64,000 nt of DNA from Chromatiaceae bacterium (GTDB taxonomy: Bacteria > Pseudomonadota > Gammaproteobacteria > Enterobacterales > Alteromonadaceae). Position numbers and translations under genes: made by a program. The stretch spans positions 242,129-306,128 of the forward strand of contig JAJLKZ010000005.1 of assembly GCA_033838465.1 (NCBI GenBank). Direction: 5' to 3'. Below the pieces are notes generated by a model. The model had not been told where the DNA came from. It was given only the letters and a program-made list of their open reading frames with translations, and made no database searches. Below are positions 16,537-26,780 of this stretch, piece by piece; the first letter of the stretch is position 1; every line of letters starts with the position of its first letter.

Positions 16537-17763
16537 TTACAGGCTTTTTTTCGGCGGTAGGGCGACGTTGGCAAAAATTAGCCCGGCCACTAACGCCATT
16601 AAAATTAAAAAGGTTTGCTGGCCAACCCGGTCTGACACGACAAAATCCTGGCCGGAGATCAGCGAATTTAAACCAATATAGGTTTTGCTGCCCGGTACCA
16701 ACACAATTAAGCCGTGCATGGCAACGATAACGGCCGGCGCTTTGGCCAGACGGGTAAACAAATTGCTGTACAGGCCCACGGCAAAGGCACCTAAAAATGC
16801 CCCTATGGTGGCATCGAAAAAGGTGGCGCCACTAAAGCTGGCACCATAAGCAATAAAACCGGCAGCCAGTGACCACAGCGTATATTTGCCACGGCTTTTA
16901 AACAGCACAATCAGCGAGCTAACCAGTATACCGACGGCGAGCCAGGCAAAGTGGTGTGAAATAGGCGCTGGTTTAACAAAGTCGACCACGCCAAACAGCG
17001 CAAAGCCAATTTCAATGCCCAACAGCGCACCAAAATACAGTTTAAACAGCAGCATTAACGCGTCCATAATGCGGGCATTGCCCGACACCAGGTGCCGCGC
17101 TGCCAGTTCGGCAAAGCCGATGGTAAGCGCTAAACCGGGAATAAAGGCAATAATGGCTGACAGCACCGCTAAACGGATATTAATGCCGGGGTCGATATAG
17201 GCGCTGATAGCACAAGCAACAATACCCGCAGCCAATGCCACTAAGGGCTCGAGCATATTGGCAATACGCGGTGAGTGTGTGGCCCAAAGCATAAACAGGT
17301 ACACCACTAACGAGAGCAGCGATGACCACAGCACATCGTTCCAGCTGGTGGCCATTAGCATAGCAAAAGCGCCGCCCGAGGCCATCATGGCAACAGCGGT
17401 AGCCAGTTTGCCGTATGAGCTGGGGCGCATATCAATGGCATCGAGCAGCGCATCGGCTTCGTTAATGCTGACCTTGCCCTGTAATACCTGATCAACCAGC
17501 TCGTCGGTACGCGACAGCGCGCCCAAATCCAGATCGCCGGGGTTTACCCGCGAGGCATGGGTATATTCCTGCTCGTGGCCTTCAGTCCACAGCACAAAGG
17601 TCATGGAGGTAGGCGAGATAATAAAAGAGCCTTTTAAGCCTAAATGGGTGGTCAGCTCGGCTAAGTGCGCTTCCAGCCGGTAAGCGGGCGTACCGTACTT
17701 GTGCAGCATCTTGCCCAGCTTGACGATAAATTTGCGCTTATGATTAAAATCGGCTGTATACAC
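16537..17763 (-). CDS. threonine/serine exporter family protein (ThrE; fused YjjP/YjjB-type)
   Basis: 408 aa. A soluble N-terminal region (GTPAYRLEAHL) is followed by about 10 hydrophobic segments, the architecture of DUF1212+DUF3815. Confidence 0.7.
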   Translation of the reverse strand: MYTADFNHKRKFIVKLGKMLHKYGTPAYRLEAHLAELTTHLGLKGSFIISPTSMTFVLWTEGHEQEYTHASRVNPGDLDLGALSRTDELVDQVLQGKVSINEADALLDAIDMRPSSYGKLATAVAMMASGGAFAMLMATSWNDVLWSSLLSLVVYLFMLWATHSPRIANMLEPLVALAAGIVACAISAYIDPGINIRLAVLSAIIAFIPGLALTIGFAELAARHLVSGNARIMDALMLLFKLYFGALLGIEIGFALFGVVDFVKPAPISHHFAWLAVGILVSSLIVLFKSRGKYTLWSLAAGFIAYGASFSGATFFDATIGAFLGAFAVGLYSNLFTRLAKAPAVIVAMHGLIVLVPGSKTYIGLNSLISGQDFVVSDRVGQQTFLILMALVAGLIFANVALPPKKSL

Positions 17764-17804
17764 TTATGGCATCCGTGTTGGGACTAACCTGTTCATTGTA
17801 ATGC

Positions 17805-17832
17805 AAAAGCGCGCTGTTACCAGCGCGCTTTT
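17805..17832. terminator. hairpin terminator after the GH13-GH31 operon
   Basis: AAAAGCGCGCTG-TTAC-CAGCGCGCTTTT, a perfect 12-bp stem with U-tracts possible on both strands. It begins 2 nt after the GH31 stop. Confidence 0.55.
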
Positions 17833-17833
17833 T

Positions 17834-20236
17834 TTAGCGGATTTGTATTTGTTGCTTATCCGCCTGCCAATCCAGTTTTACCTTAAGCTGACGGCTGGCT
17901 TTATCGTACCAGGCCACATTTTGCATACGGTTAAACCGCGCTTGTTGCGGCACCAGCTGGATATAACGGCCATCAACACTGATATGCGAAGGCCTGGCGT
18001 TCTGGTTATGCACCACCAGGGTCAGCTCGCGGCTGGCTGGCATACCTTGGTACTGGCCGCTGCGGCGCAGTTCAAACTTTTGTTCATCAGCTTGCTTTAA
18101 GTAGTAAAAGTTCAGCAGTTCAAACTGACCTTTAGCAACCGCGTCCGGCGTTTTACCATCATCTTCATACATCTTGCCTTTGGCGCACTCTACACTGCTA
18201 TCAGCATAGAAATGCAATGTCAGTTTGCGGCTGCTGTACTCGCGGGTATTCGCCATTGGCGCCACCATTGGCACAAAGCTGCCGGCTTTTACCAGCACCG
18301 GCAGGGTATCAATGCTTACCGGAATGTCGGTCTTGCCTGTGCCTGCATAGCGCTTGCCACTAAAGTAATCAAACCAGACGCCGCCTGGCAGCTGCACCGG
18401 CCAGTTCTTCACGCCCGGCTCGGTAACCGGCGCCACCAAAAAGGCGTCGCCCCACAGGTAGCTGTTGTTTTCATCCATCAGTGCCGGGTTTTGCTCATCC
18501 AGCAGAAACAGCGGCCGCATCAGCGGTAAGCCGCTTTGGCTGTGCTGATAGGCCAGGGTGTAGTTGTATGGCAGCAGCTGATAACGCAGGTTTAGCCAGG
18601 GGCGCAGGGTTTCAATGGTGTCGTTATCGTGAAACACCACTTCCGGCGCAATGTGTTCCTGTGCATGTGGCCGGTACACTGGCTGGAATACGCCATATTG
18701 CAGCCAGCGGATATACAGCTCTTTATCAAACGTTTCACCGCCGGCAAAACCGCCCAAATCTGAGTGAATGTAGCCAAAACCAAACAGACCCATGCTCAGC
18801 GCCAGCTCAACCTGCGGCTTTAGGCCGCCCCAGCTGCGGTCAACATCGCCGGTCCAGGGCACCATGCCAAAGCGCTGGCTGCCGGGGGCGCCTGCGCGCA
18901 TCATAATAAAGGGCCGCTGCTCGGGGAAGTCGCGGCGCATGCCGCTGTGCACCATCTCAGCCCACTGATGGCCAAAGGCGTTATGTACTTCGTTCGCCAT
19001 GCCGATGGCGTGCACGGTATCGTCCGGGTGTACTTCCGGCTCGCCCAAATCGCCCCACACACCGGCCACACCCTGTTCGGCCAGACCTTTATAAATTTGC
19101 CAGAACCAGTCACGTGCTTTGGGGTTAAACACATCAATTAAGCCGGTATTGCCAAAGTAAAAGTCGAAGGTTTTTGGTTTGCCATCCAGGCCCGGCGCAA
19201 TGGCGCCGGCCTCTACCGCCTCTTGCCAGCGTTTAGAGCTGGTCAGTACAAAAGGCTCGGTGACTAAAATAGTGTTGATGCCATTGGCTTTAAGATCGGC
19301 CAGCATTTTTTCTGGCTGAGGGAAGGCGTTGCTGTCCCAGGCCAGGTTGCCCATATGGCCCTGAATATCCGGGCCAAACCAGTACAGATCGATGACTAAG
19401 GCATCCAGCGGTAGCTGCAAGTCGGCAAAGCGTTTTACCACGTCACGCACCTCGGCTTCATTACGGTAGCCAAAACGTGACGCATAGTTACCCAGTGTCC
19501 AGCGCGCCGGTAGCGGCGGCTTGCCGGTTAAGCTGGTGTAGTTGTCGATAATCGCCGGGTAGTTATCGCCGGCTACCAGCACATAGCTGCTGCGGCCACC
19601 CTCGGCACTAAATTGCATCACATCAGCCTTGGTTGCGCCTAAATCGGCTTCACCTTTGGCGCTGTTATCAAACAGCAGCAAATACTTATTGCTCGACAGC
19701 ACGGCTGGCAGGCTGAAGTACATCTGGCTTGACTCGGTGCTGTAGCCATAATGCGCTTTGTTATACAGCGGGAATTTATGGCCACGGCGGTCCATGCCCA
19801 GCACGCGCTGGCCACCACCCAACAGCTTCTCGCCAGCGGTTAGCGCAAAGCGAAAACCATGGTTGCCGTCTTGCTTAAAGTAACCTTGCTGTTCGGACAA
19901 CAGCAGCTCATCGCCGCGATAATAGCTAAGATGCAGTGGTGATTTATTAATGGCCACGCTAAGGCTGGCGCTACTGACACGCAGGCTTTTGTCGCTGTCA
20001 GCGACATTCAGATCCAGCGGCTGTGGTTGCTGGCTAATGCTAAAAGACGGCAGTTGTTTTACACCAGACGGCTGATAAAAGGCTTCAACCACATCATGCT
20101 GGTAAAACGTCAGGCTAACCTGGCCCTCATCGGTTTGAATATGCAGCGTATTACCGTCGAGCTGATGTGCCTGATACTGCGCCGCCGCACTGGCAAAGGC
20201 GCAGCAAAACGTAATTAACGCAAACACTAACTTCAT
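17834..20236 (-). CDS. GH31 alpha-glucosidase
   Basis: 800 aa with signal peptide. GH31-like blocks LDALVIDLYWFG, GVWGDLGEPE, PWTGDV. ATGA overlap with the upstream GH13 gene. Confidence 0.85.
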   Translation of the reverse strand: MKLVFALITFCCAFASAAAQYQAHQLDGNTLHIQTDEGQVSLTFYQHDVVEAFYQPSGVKQLPSFSISQQPQPLDLNVADSDKSLRVSSASLSVAINKSPLHLSYYRGDELLLSEQQGYFKQDGNHGFRFALTAGEKLLGGGQRVLGMDRRGHKFPLYNKAHYGYSTESSQMYFSLPAVLSSNKYLLLFDNSAKGEADLGATKADVMQFSAEGGRSSYVLVAGDNYPAIIDNYTSLTGKPPLPARWTLGNYASRFGYRNEAEVRDVVKRFADLQLPLDALVIDLYWFGPDIQGHMGNLAWDSNAFPQPEKMLADLKANGINTILVTEPFVLTSSKRWQEAVEAGAIAPGLDGKPKTFDFYFGNTGLIDVFNPKARDWFWQIYKGLAEQGVAGVWGDLGEPEVHPDDTVHAIGMANEVHNAFGHQWAEMVHSGMRRDFPEQRPFIMMRAGAPGSQRFGMVPWTGDVDRSWGGLKPQVELALSMGLFGFGYIHSDLGGFAGGETFDKELYIRWLQYGVFQPVYRPHAQEHIAPEVVFHDNDTIETLRPWLNLRYQLLPYNYTLAYQHSQSGLPLMRPLFLLDEQNPALMDENNSYLWGDAFLVAPVTEPGVKNWPVQLPGGVWFDYFSGKRYAGTGKTDIPVSIDTLPVLVKAGSFVPMVAPMANTREYSSRKLTLHFYADSSVECAKGKMYEDDGKTPDAVAKGQFELLNFYYLKQADEQKFELRRSGQYQGMPASRELTLVVHNQNARPSHISVDGRYIQLVPQQARFNRMQNVAWYDKASRQLKVKLDWQADKQQIQIR

Positions 20237-22134
20237 GGTTGCAGCTCCAGTATTACTGAGGCCAGCGGGGCAAGTTCAACCGCCACTGTGCCCACGCCGT
20301 TGGTTACGCTAAGGCTGCTTTCGCCGCCGTTTAGCTTGTCGCTTAGCCGGTATTGGCCATCGGCCAGCTGCCACTTGCTGATAAGCGTAGCCGGTACAGT
20401 GAGGTTAAAACTGACCGCTGCTTCACTATTAAAGTGGCTGACAATCAGCAGCTTTTGCTCCGCACTGTAGCGGGCAAAGGCCAATTGCTGTTCGCTGTAG
20501 GCGGTGCCGGCTGCGAGATTAGCGCTGTGCAGCTCGGTGTAGCCGCCCATTAAGGCGGGGGCGTTGGCGCTAAAGCTGAGCAGTTTTTCGTAATAAGCGT
20601 GCAGCGCTTTATCCTCAGCACTTAGTGCGCCGCCATCAAACTTACCGTCGTTCATCCACTTTTGGTGCTGCGGCACACCCCAGTAATCAAAGATAGTGGT
20701 GCGGCTAGCTTTACCAAAGCCGGCATCCTCTGCACCTGGCTCACCAACATGCTGGCCAAAGTACAGCATGGTAGGCGAGGTGCTGATGGTAGTAGACACC
20801 ACCATGGCCGGCAGGCCTTTTTTCGCATCGCCGGCAAACTCCGGCGCGGCAATGCGCTGCTCGTCATGGTTTTCTAAAAAGTGCAGCATATGATGCTCAA
20901 TATCGGCCATGCGCTGCTGGGTTTCTACCAGTGCCGAGGTGGGCCCTTTGCCCTGCATCACCAGCTTCAAGCTATCGTAGAATTCCACCTTGTCGTACAG
21001 GTAATCCATTTTGCCAAGCTTAAGGTAATCGCGATACAAGTGCGGCTGATACACCTCAGCCAGTAAAAAAGCGTTAGGGTTTGTCTGTTTAATATGCGAG
21101 TTTAAGTAGCTCCAGAACTCGACCGGTACCATCTCGGCCATATCGTAACGAAAGCCATCGACGCCTTTGGCCAGCCAGTACTGGGTAATATCGCGGAATT
21201 TAAGCCAAGAGTCTGGCACGTCCTTGCCTTGCCAGAAGGCATAATGCGCCGGCCAGTCTTTTTCAGCGTAATCGCTGGGTAAACGATCGAAGTCGTAACT
21301 GCCGTCTGGGCGCACGCCGTAATTAATTTTTACCGTTTCATACCAGTCATCAAAGGCAGGCTGGGCAGCGCGTGAGCCATTACCGGTCCACTTGGCCGGG
21401 TTTTCCAAAAACATGCCATCGGCCGCCGGGTGGGCCTCGCCGCCTAGTACTTGATAGTCAGCTGGCCACTGCGGCACGTTAAAAGCCTGGCCCGGCACAT
21501 AGTAAAAGTTATTATCACGCGCGTATTCGACGCTGGTGTCGTCATTGGCGCCAAAGTCACTGACGCCCGCTGGGTTTGACAGCGACTGATACTGGCGCGC
21601 TACATGGTTGGGTACGATATCGATAAGTACCTTCATGCCGTGCTGATGCGTGCGGGCAATCAGTTGCTCAAACTCCGCCAGGCGGTTGGCCGGGTCAGTG
21701 GCTAAATCGGGGTTTACGTTGTAGTAGTCTTTCACGGCATAAGGCGAGCCGGCGCGGCCTTTAATCACATCCGGGTCATCATGGCTGATTCCATAGGCGC
21801 TGTAATCACGCACCAGGGCATGGTGTGGTACCCCGGTATACCAAATATGGCTAACGCCCATGGCTTTAATGGCGCTGAGTGCTTCAGGCGTAAAGTCGGC
21901 AAATTTACCGACACCGTTTTGCTCCAGTGTGCCCCAGGGCTGATTGGTGCTGCTTTTGTTACCAAATAAGCGGGTAAATACCTGATACACCACCACCTTG
22001 CCGTCTGCTGCAGGCGCTGCAACGGCTGGCTGCTGCTCGTCTGGTGCTGTGAGGGTGGGCTCTGGTGCTTTGCCGCAAGCCAGTAACAGGCTGCCGGCAA
22101 GCGTTAAGGTGATTAAGGTGGCTGTGTTTTGCAT
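20233..22134 (-). CDS. GH13 alpha-amylase-family lipoprotein
   Basis: Lipobox LLLAC. GH13 regions DIVPNH, GFRYDMAEM, LAEVY, ENHDEQ. Confidence 0.85.
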   Translation of the reverse strand: MQNTATLITLTLAGSLLLACGKAPEPTLTAPDEQQPAVAAPAADGKVVVYQVFTRLFGNKSSTNQPWGTLEQNGVGKFADFTPEALSAIKAMGVSHIWYTGVPHHALVRDYSAYGISHDDPDVIKGRAGSPYAVKDYYNVNPDLATDPANRLAEFEQLIARTHQHGMKVLIDIVPNHVARQYQSLSNPAGVSDFGANDDTSVEYARDNNFYYVPGQAFNVPQWPADYQVLGGEAHPAADGMFLENPAKWTGNGSRAAQPAFDDWYETVKINYGVRPDGSYDFDRLPSDYAEKDWPAHYAFWQGKDVPDSWLKFRDITQYWLAKGVDGFRYDMAEMVPVEFWSYLNSHIKQTNPNAFLLAEVYQPHLYRDYLKLGKMDYLYDKVEFYDSLKLVMQGKGPTSALVETQQRMADIEHHMLHFLENHDEQRIAAPEFAGDAKKGLPAMVVSTTISTSPTMLYFGQHVGEPGAEDAGFGKASRTTIFDYWGVPQHQKWMNDGKFDGGALSAEDKALHAYYEKLLSFSANAPALMGGYTELHSANLAAGTAYSEQQLAFARYSAEQKLLIVSHFNSEAAVSFNLTVPATLISKWQLADGQYRLSDKLNGGESSLSVTNGVGTVAVELAPLASVILELQP

Positions 22135-22197
22135 GGTCTACCCTGTCTGTTTTTATCGCTTTTTGCCAGTGTATTACAGCTTAGTTGCCCGGTCTGC

Positions 22198-22211
22198 TGC
22201 ATACGTATGCA
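22198..22211. promoter_or_regulatory. perfect 14-bp palindrome TGCATACGTATGCA, LacI-type operator candidate
   Basis: Fits the generic LacI-family operator shape (TG...CG...CA with central CG). 64 nt upstream of GH13 ATG 22134 and 103 nt upstream of MCP ATG 22314. Confidence 0.6.
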
Positions 22212-22313
22212 ACGGCCGGCCACGACCATGGTCGTATCGGGCTTTCTTTTGCCGTTAGTTACACTATGCTGTAACGATTCAACCGCTTAAGTCATTACGC
22301 CGGAGTGTAGTTT

Positions 22314-23993
22314 ATGCTGAACGTGACACTGAAAAACAAAATGCTGCTGCTTGCTGTGCTGCCAATGCTTACCGTGGTGATGGCCCTGATGCTGCTGGTG
22401 TACAGCCAGATGCGGGCCATGGGTGAGCAAGAGATTCAGCAATTTCGTAGTGACATGATGCAGGAAAAACGCTCAGCGTTAGAGCACCATGTCGCTATCG
22501 CCGTCACTGCGGTTGAGCCTTATTTTCAAACGGCAAACCCGACCGAGCAACAACTTACCGATGCGAAAGCCGTGATGCGGGCGATGAAGTTCAGCGATGA
22601 TGGCTATATGTTTGTTTATGACTTACAAGGCGTCAATATCGTGCACGGCTCTAATCAGGCGCTGGAAGGGCGTAACCTCATTGACCTTAAAGATCCTAAT
22701 GGCGTGCTGCTGATCCGTGAGCTGATTGACGCCGGTAAAAAAGGTGGCGGTTTTGTTGAATATATGTGGGATGAGAAAACCCGTGGTGGTTTAACGCCCA
22801 AACTAGGTTACGCTACAGCGATGTTCAACAACCGCTGGATCTTAGGCTCAGGCTTTTACATCGATGATATCGACCGGCGCGTGGCCGACAAGCAAGTTGA
22901 GATAGATGCGCGGATCCGTGACACCCTGCTGATGATTTTTGGCAGTGCCGTGGTGCTGCTAGGGCTAGTGATCGTGCTGGCACTGTTTGTAGCGAACCTG
23001 GTGATAAAACCGCTACACAATGCCTCTGCAGCGTTAATTAATATTGGCCAGGGCGAGGGCGATTTAACCCAACGCTTAACGGTCGATACGGCTGACGAAG
23101 TGGGCGAGGTGGCGCGCGGCTTTAATGCCTTTGCGCAAAAAATTCAGCAGCTGATCAGCGAAGTGAAACAGGTGGTGACGGCGCTGAGCCATGCTGCCAG
23201 CACCATGCAGCAAATTGTGCAGCTGAGCGATAACGACGCCAGTACGCAAAAAGCGGAAACCACTCAGGTCGCTGCCGCGGTGTATCAAATGTCCACCGCC
23301 GTGCAGGAGGTGGCGACCAGTGCTGGTTTAGCGGCCAGTGCGGCGCAGGAAGCTGATAAAGAAGCTGCCGGTGGTCAGCACAGTGTGGCGCAAACCATCA
23401 GCTCAATTAACAAACTGGCAGACGAAGTAAACAAAGCTGGCGATACCATTGAAAAACTGGGGGCCAACGCTGACCAGATTGGGTCAGTGGTGAATGTTAT
23501 TCGTGGTATTGCCGAACAAACCAACCTATTGGCATTAAATGCTGCGATAGAGGCTGCCCGCGCCGGTGAGCAGGGCCGAGGTTTTGCGGTTGTTGCCGAT
23601 GAAGTACGCACCCTGGCGACCCGTACCCAGCAGAGCACCAATGAAATTCAGCAGATGATTGACGTGTTTCAGCATGGCACGAAAGAGGCGGTGGCGGTTA
23701 TGCAGCGCGGCCGCGAGCAATCACTGCAAACGGTGGCGCAAGCCGATCAGGCCAGTGAGTCACTGCAAACCATTACCAAATCGGTCAGCACTATTACACA
23801 AATGAATATTCAGATTGCTACCGCAGCCGAGCAGCAAACCGCCGTAGCGGCTGACATTAGCCGCAGTATTCATGAGATTGCCCAACTGGCCGATCAGGCA
23901 GCGAATAATGCCTCAGAGCTGGCCAAGTCGACCGGTGAGCTGACCGAGCTGGAGCGGCGCCTTAGTGAGCTGGTATCGCGGTTTCGGGTGTAA
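22314..23993 (+). CDS. methyl-accepting chemotaxis protein with single-Cache (sCache_2-like) sensor
   Basis: TM1, a Cache-like block ([11 protein letters not shown]...[10 protein letters not shown]...GSGFYIDDI), TM2, HAMP, and the highly conserved signalling hairpin ([34 protein letters not shown]). Confidence 0.9.
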   Translation: MLNVTLKNKMLLLAVLPMLTVVMALMLLVYSQMRAMGEQEIQQFRSDMMQEKRSALEHHVAIAVTAVEPYFQTANPTEQQLTDAKAVMRAMKFSDDGYMFVYDLQGVNIVHGSNQALEGRNLIDLKDPNGVLLIRELIDAGKKGGGFVEYMWDEKTRGGLTPKLGYATAMFNNRWILGSGFYIDDIDRRVADKQVEIDARIRDTLLMIFGSAVVLLGLVIVLALFVANLVIKPLHNASAALINIGQGEGDLTQRLTVDTADEVGEVARGFNAFAQKIQQLISEVKQVVTALSHAASTMQQIVQLSDNDASTQKAETTQVAAAVYQMSTAVQEVATSAGLAASAAQEADKEAAGGQHSVAQTISSINKLADEVNKAGDTIEKLGANADQIGSVVNVIRGIAEQTNLLALNAAIEAARAGEQGRGFAVVADEVRTLATRTQQSTNEIQQMIDVFQHGTKEAVAVMQRGREQSLQTVAQADQASESLQTITKSVSTITQMNIQIATAAEQQTAVAADISRSIHEIAQLADQAANNASELAKSTGELTELERRLSELVSRFRV

Positions 23994-24846
23994 GCGAAAT
24001 AGGCCGCAGCACAAACCAGCGGCCTGACTGCCACAGCAGATACAGCGACAGTAGCGGGAAAATCAGCGTTTGCAGCGCATAGACCACGATTAGCTGAATC
24101 AGCTTCTCGACCATGTTGTCGGAGAAGCTTTTCATCGCGGTGAATAAATCATTGGCCTGGGCGGCCATTTGCTTAAGCCAGCTCAGTGAGCCTTGCTCGG
24201 TGCTCAGTGCCGGCTGCTCTGTGCGCTGTAGCGCCGCGGTTTCCAATTGTAATGCTGCTTCTGCCGCCTCGCGCTGCGGGGTTAGGACCCAGTCAGACAA
24301 GCCTGCTACGCCATAGGCCGCCAGCGGTATACCAATACGGATAATCAGCAACAACGCAATAAAGCCCCGTAGCAGATAGTTGCAACTGCGCCGCCAGGAT
24401 GGCGGACCAAGTAGCAGTAAAGTAGCAGAAACTAACACACCGCCACCAAACAACGGCAAGGCCGCCAGTTTGCCAAATTCGAGCAGAAATAACTGCAGGC
24501 CAATCGATGTCATCGCCACCACCATCACATCAGAGTAGCGTACCGCCATATCCTGCAAGGGCTTTAATAACTGGCCGGGTTTAACACTGGCGACACCCAC
24601 GCCGACTTCGGCTTCTGCGACAAAAGCAATACCGCGGTCAATTAAACGGGCGGTAGCAAAAGAAGCACTGCTGAGCATTAAGCTATGTTTTAGCACGCTA
24701 TGCGCCTGCTCGTCCAGCGGTGCCAGTATCGGGTTAATGATGCGTTGCTGCAGCACGCCTGAATAGGTTCCCAGCGCTAAAGCCAGAAGGCAGGCGAGCA
24801 CTGTCAGCAGGCGCTGGCCTTTGCTCAGTTTGGCTAACAAGGTCAT
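23962..24846 (-). CDS. hypothetical multi-pass membrane protein
   Basis: Several hydrophobic segments plus an A/Q/E-rich helical stretch, with no family motif recognised. I prefer ATG 24846 (GGAGA SD) to GTG 24858. The 3' end overlaps the MCP 3' end by 32 nt. Confidence 0.5.
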   Translation of the reverse strand: MTLLAKLSKGQRLLTVLACLLALALGTYSGVLQQRIINPILAPLDEQAHSVLKHSLMLSSASFATARLIDRGIAFVAEAEVGVGVASVKPGQLLKPLQDMAVRYSDVMVVAMTSIGLQLFLLEFGKLAALPLFGGGVLVSATLLLLGPPSWRRSCNYLLRGFIALLLIIRIGIPLAAYGVAGLSDWVLTPQREAAEAALQLETAALQRTEQPALSTEQGSLSWLKQMAAQANDLFTAMKSFSDNMVEKLIQLIVVYALQTLIFPLLSLYLLWQSGRWFVLRPISLTPETAIPAH

Positions 24847-24911
24847 CTGCGTCTCCACGTAATGCCGGGCAATGCTGTATTAGGCCAGTATTAAGCAAAA
24901 ACGTTGCAAAG

Positions 24912-25805
24912 TCAGTTTTTCAGTAAAATCAGTACCGTACCCAGTACGGTAAGACTTGCGCCCAGCCAGGCACCTAAAGCGGGGCTGCGTTTGTATACCA
25001 GCCACAACAGTGGTAATACCATGACGGGGCTGACAGACGACAAGATAGCCACCATGCCGGCATCGCCGTGTTTTAATGCCTGCAGAATTAATGTCATGCC
25101 CAGCACCATCGACAGCGCAGCATTGGCGACAACCAGTAAAAATACCTTTTTTGTCATCGGCAAATAAGGCCGGGCGACACGAAAGCCCAGCATAAAGATC
25201 AGCTGGTGCAGCACAAAGGCGGTGCTCATGCGCACGGCGCTGGCCGACACGGCATCTATGCTGGTTTCCATCAGGGGTTTTAGCATCAGGGTGGCAACCG
25301 CCTGACACAAGGCGGCCAATAACCCCAGCGCAACACCCGATTTAAGCTGGCTTTGGTTCGCTTCCCAGGCGTGCAGTTCGGTTTTGCGCTTGCCAAAGAA
25401 AATGGCGATCATCACACCGCTAACCAATAAGCTGCTGCCCGCTAAGGTCCAGCCCCATTGGGTTTCGCCGAGAAAAAAGTAAGCCAGAACAACGGAAAAC
25501 ACACTGTGGGTGGCAAACAGTACACCGGCGCGGCGCGGCCCGAGGCGGTTCATCGCAGCAAATAGTGCGGTATCGCCGACAAAAATGCCAATAACGCCGG
25601 ACAGCACCAGTAGCCCCAGGCTATCGACTGCCAGTGTTGCCCAACCACCGGTCACGGCGGCAATCAACCACAGCATCAGAGCAGCACACAGCATACGCCA
25701 GCGGGTAAACGCAAAGGCGCCTAAATGGGTAGAGGCGGTAGCTGACATCAGGCTGCCGCAGGCCCAACACGCGGCGGCAGCCAGCGCCAGATATTCGTAA
25801 GACAA
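24912..25805 (-). CDS. DMT-superfamily (EamA-like) transporter
   Basis: 297 aa, 10-TM pattern with two EamA-like halves. Confidence 0.75.
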   Translation of the reverse strand: MSYEYLALAAAACWACGSLMSATASTHLGAFAFTRWRMLCAALMLWLIAAVTGGWATLAVDSLGLLVLSGVIGIFVGDTALFAAMNRLGPRRAGVLFATHSVFSVVLAYFFLGETQWGWTLAGSSLLVSGVMIAIFFGKRKTELHAWEANQSQLKSGVALGLLAALCQAVATLMLKPLMETSIDAVSASAVRMSTAFVLHQLIFMLGFRVARPYLPMTKKVFLLVVANAALSMVLGMTLILQALKHGDAGMVAILSSVSPVMVLPLLWLVYKRSPALGAWLGASLTVLGTVLILLKN

Positions 25806-25891
25806 AGCATTAGCCCAGATAACGAGGGTGGCGTATTATAAAAACTGCCTACGGCTTAAGCCAGAGAATATTCAGCTGGACAACACTGCAT

Positions 25892-26707
25892 ATGGATACA
25901 AGCACTTATCTTCGTTGGCGCCACAAGCTGGCGTTGCAACTTGACCCACAGCTTAACCCGCGTGAGGGCTTAACCCCGCTTAATGCATTAATAACCTTTG
26001 TGATTATTGTCGGTATCATCACGGCAGTGTTACAAACTGAACAACAGATCTATCAGGGCAATGAGCATTGGTTCCGCTTATCTGAACTGGTGTTTGGCAG
26101 CGTTTTTTTACTGGAATACTGCGCCAGAGTCTGGACCTGTGTTGAAAACGATAATGTGCGCAGCCGCTGGCGTTACATTCTGTCCTGGGTGGCTATTGCT
26201 GATTTGATGGCCGTGATGGTGGCCTTTTCGGTTTACCTGGGTAATGGCGGGATTTTATTGCGCTTATTGCTGCTGATCCGTGTTTTGCAATTGGCCCGGC
26301 TGGGCCGTTTTTCGATGGCGATGGAATGCATCATTGAAGCCGTACGCAGTCGCGGCTATGAGCTGCTGGTCAGCGCTATTTTTGCTGGCTTATTGCTTTT
26401 AATCTCATCTACTCTGTTGTATCTGGTAGAGGGCCCGCATCAGCCTGAAGCCTTTGGCTCTATTTTGCGCAGTGCCTGGTGGGCTATCGCCACACTTACC
26501 ACGGTAGGTTACGGCGATGTGTATCCGGTAACGGCTTTAGGGCGCTTTTTGGCTGGGGTTACCGCGATCACCGGCGTCTGTATTATTGCCGTGCCAACCG
26601 GCATCCTTGCCTCAGCCTTTAGTGATGCAATCAACACAGCGAAAGAGCGGCATCGTAAATTGCCAAAAATACTGGAGCGCAGTAAGGAAAAGGCAGACAG
26701 CGACTAA
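25892..26707 (+). CDS. voltage-gated-type (6TM) potassium channel
   Basis: S4-like LRLLLLIRVLQLARLGR with a basic residue every third position. Selectivity filter TTVGYGD. Confidence 0.85.
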   Translation: MDTSTYLRWRHKLALQLDPQLNPREGLTPLNALITFVIIVGIITAVLQTEQQIYQGNEHWFRLSELVFGSVFLLEYCARVWTCVENDNVRSRWRYILSWVAIADLMAVMVAFSVYLGNGGILLRLLLLIRVLQLARLGRFSMAMECIIEAVRSRGYELLVSAIFAGLLLLISSTLLYLVEGPHQPEAFGSILRSAWWAIATLTTVGYGDVYPVTALGRFLAGVTAITGVCIIAVPTGILASAFSDAINTAKERHRKLPKILERSKEKADSD

Positions 26708-26780
26708 AATGTTATTTAATTATTGAGCAAATATTTAACATTGTTATAATCCGGGCTTTTTTGTGGATTAGGAATGTAAA

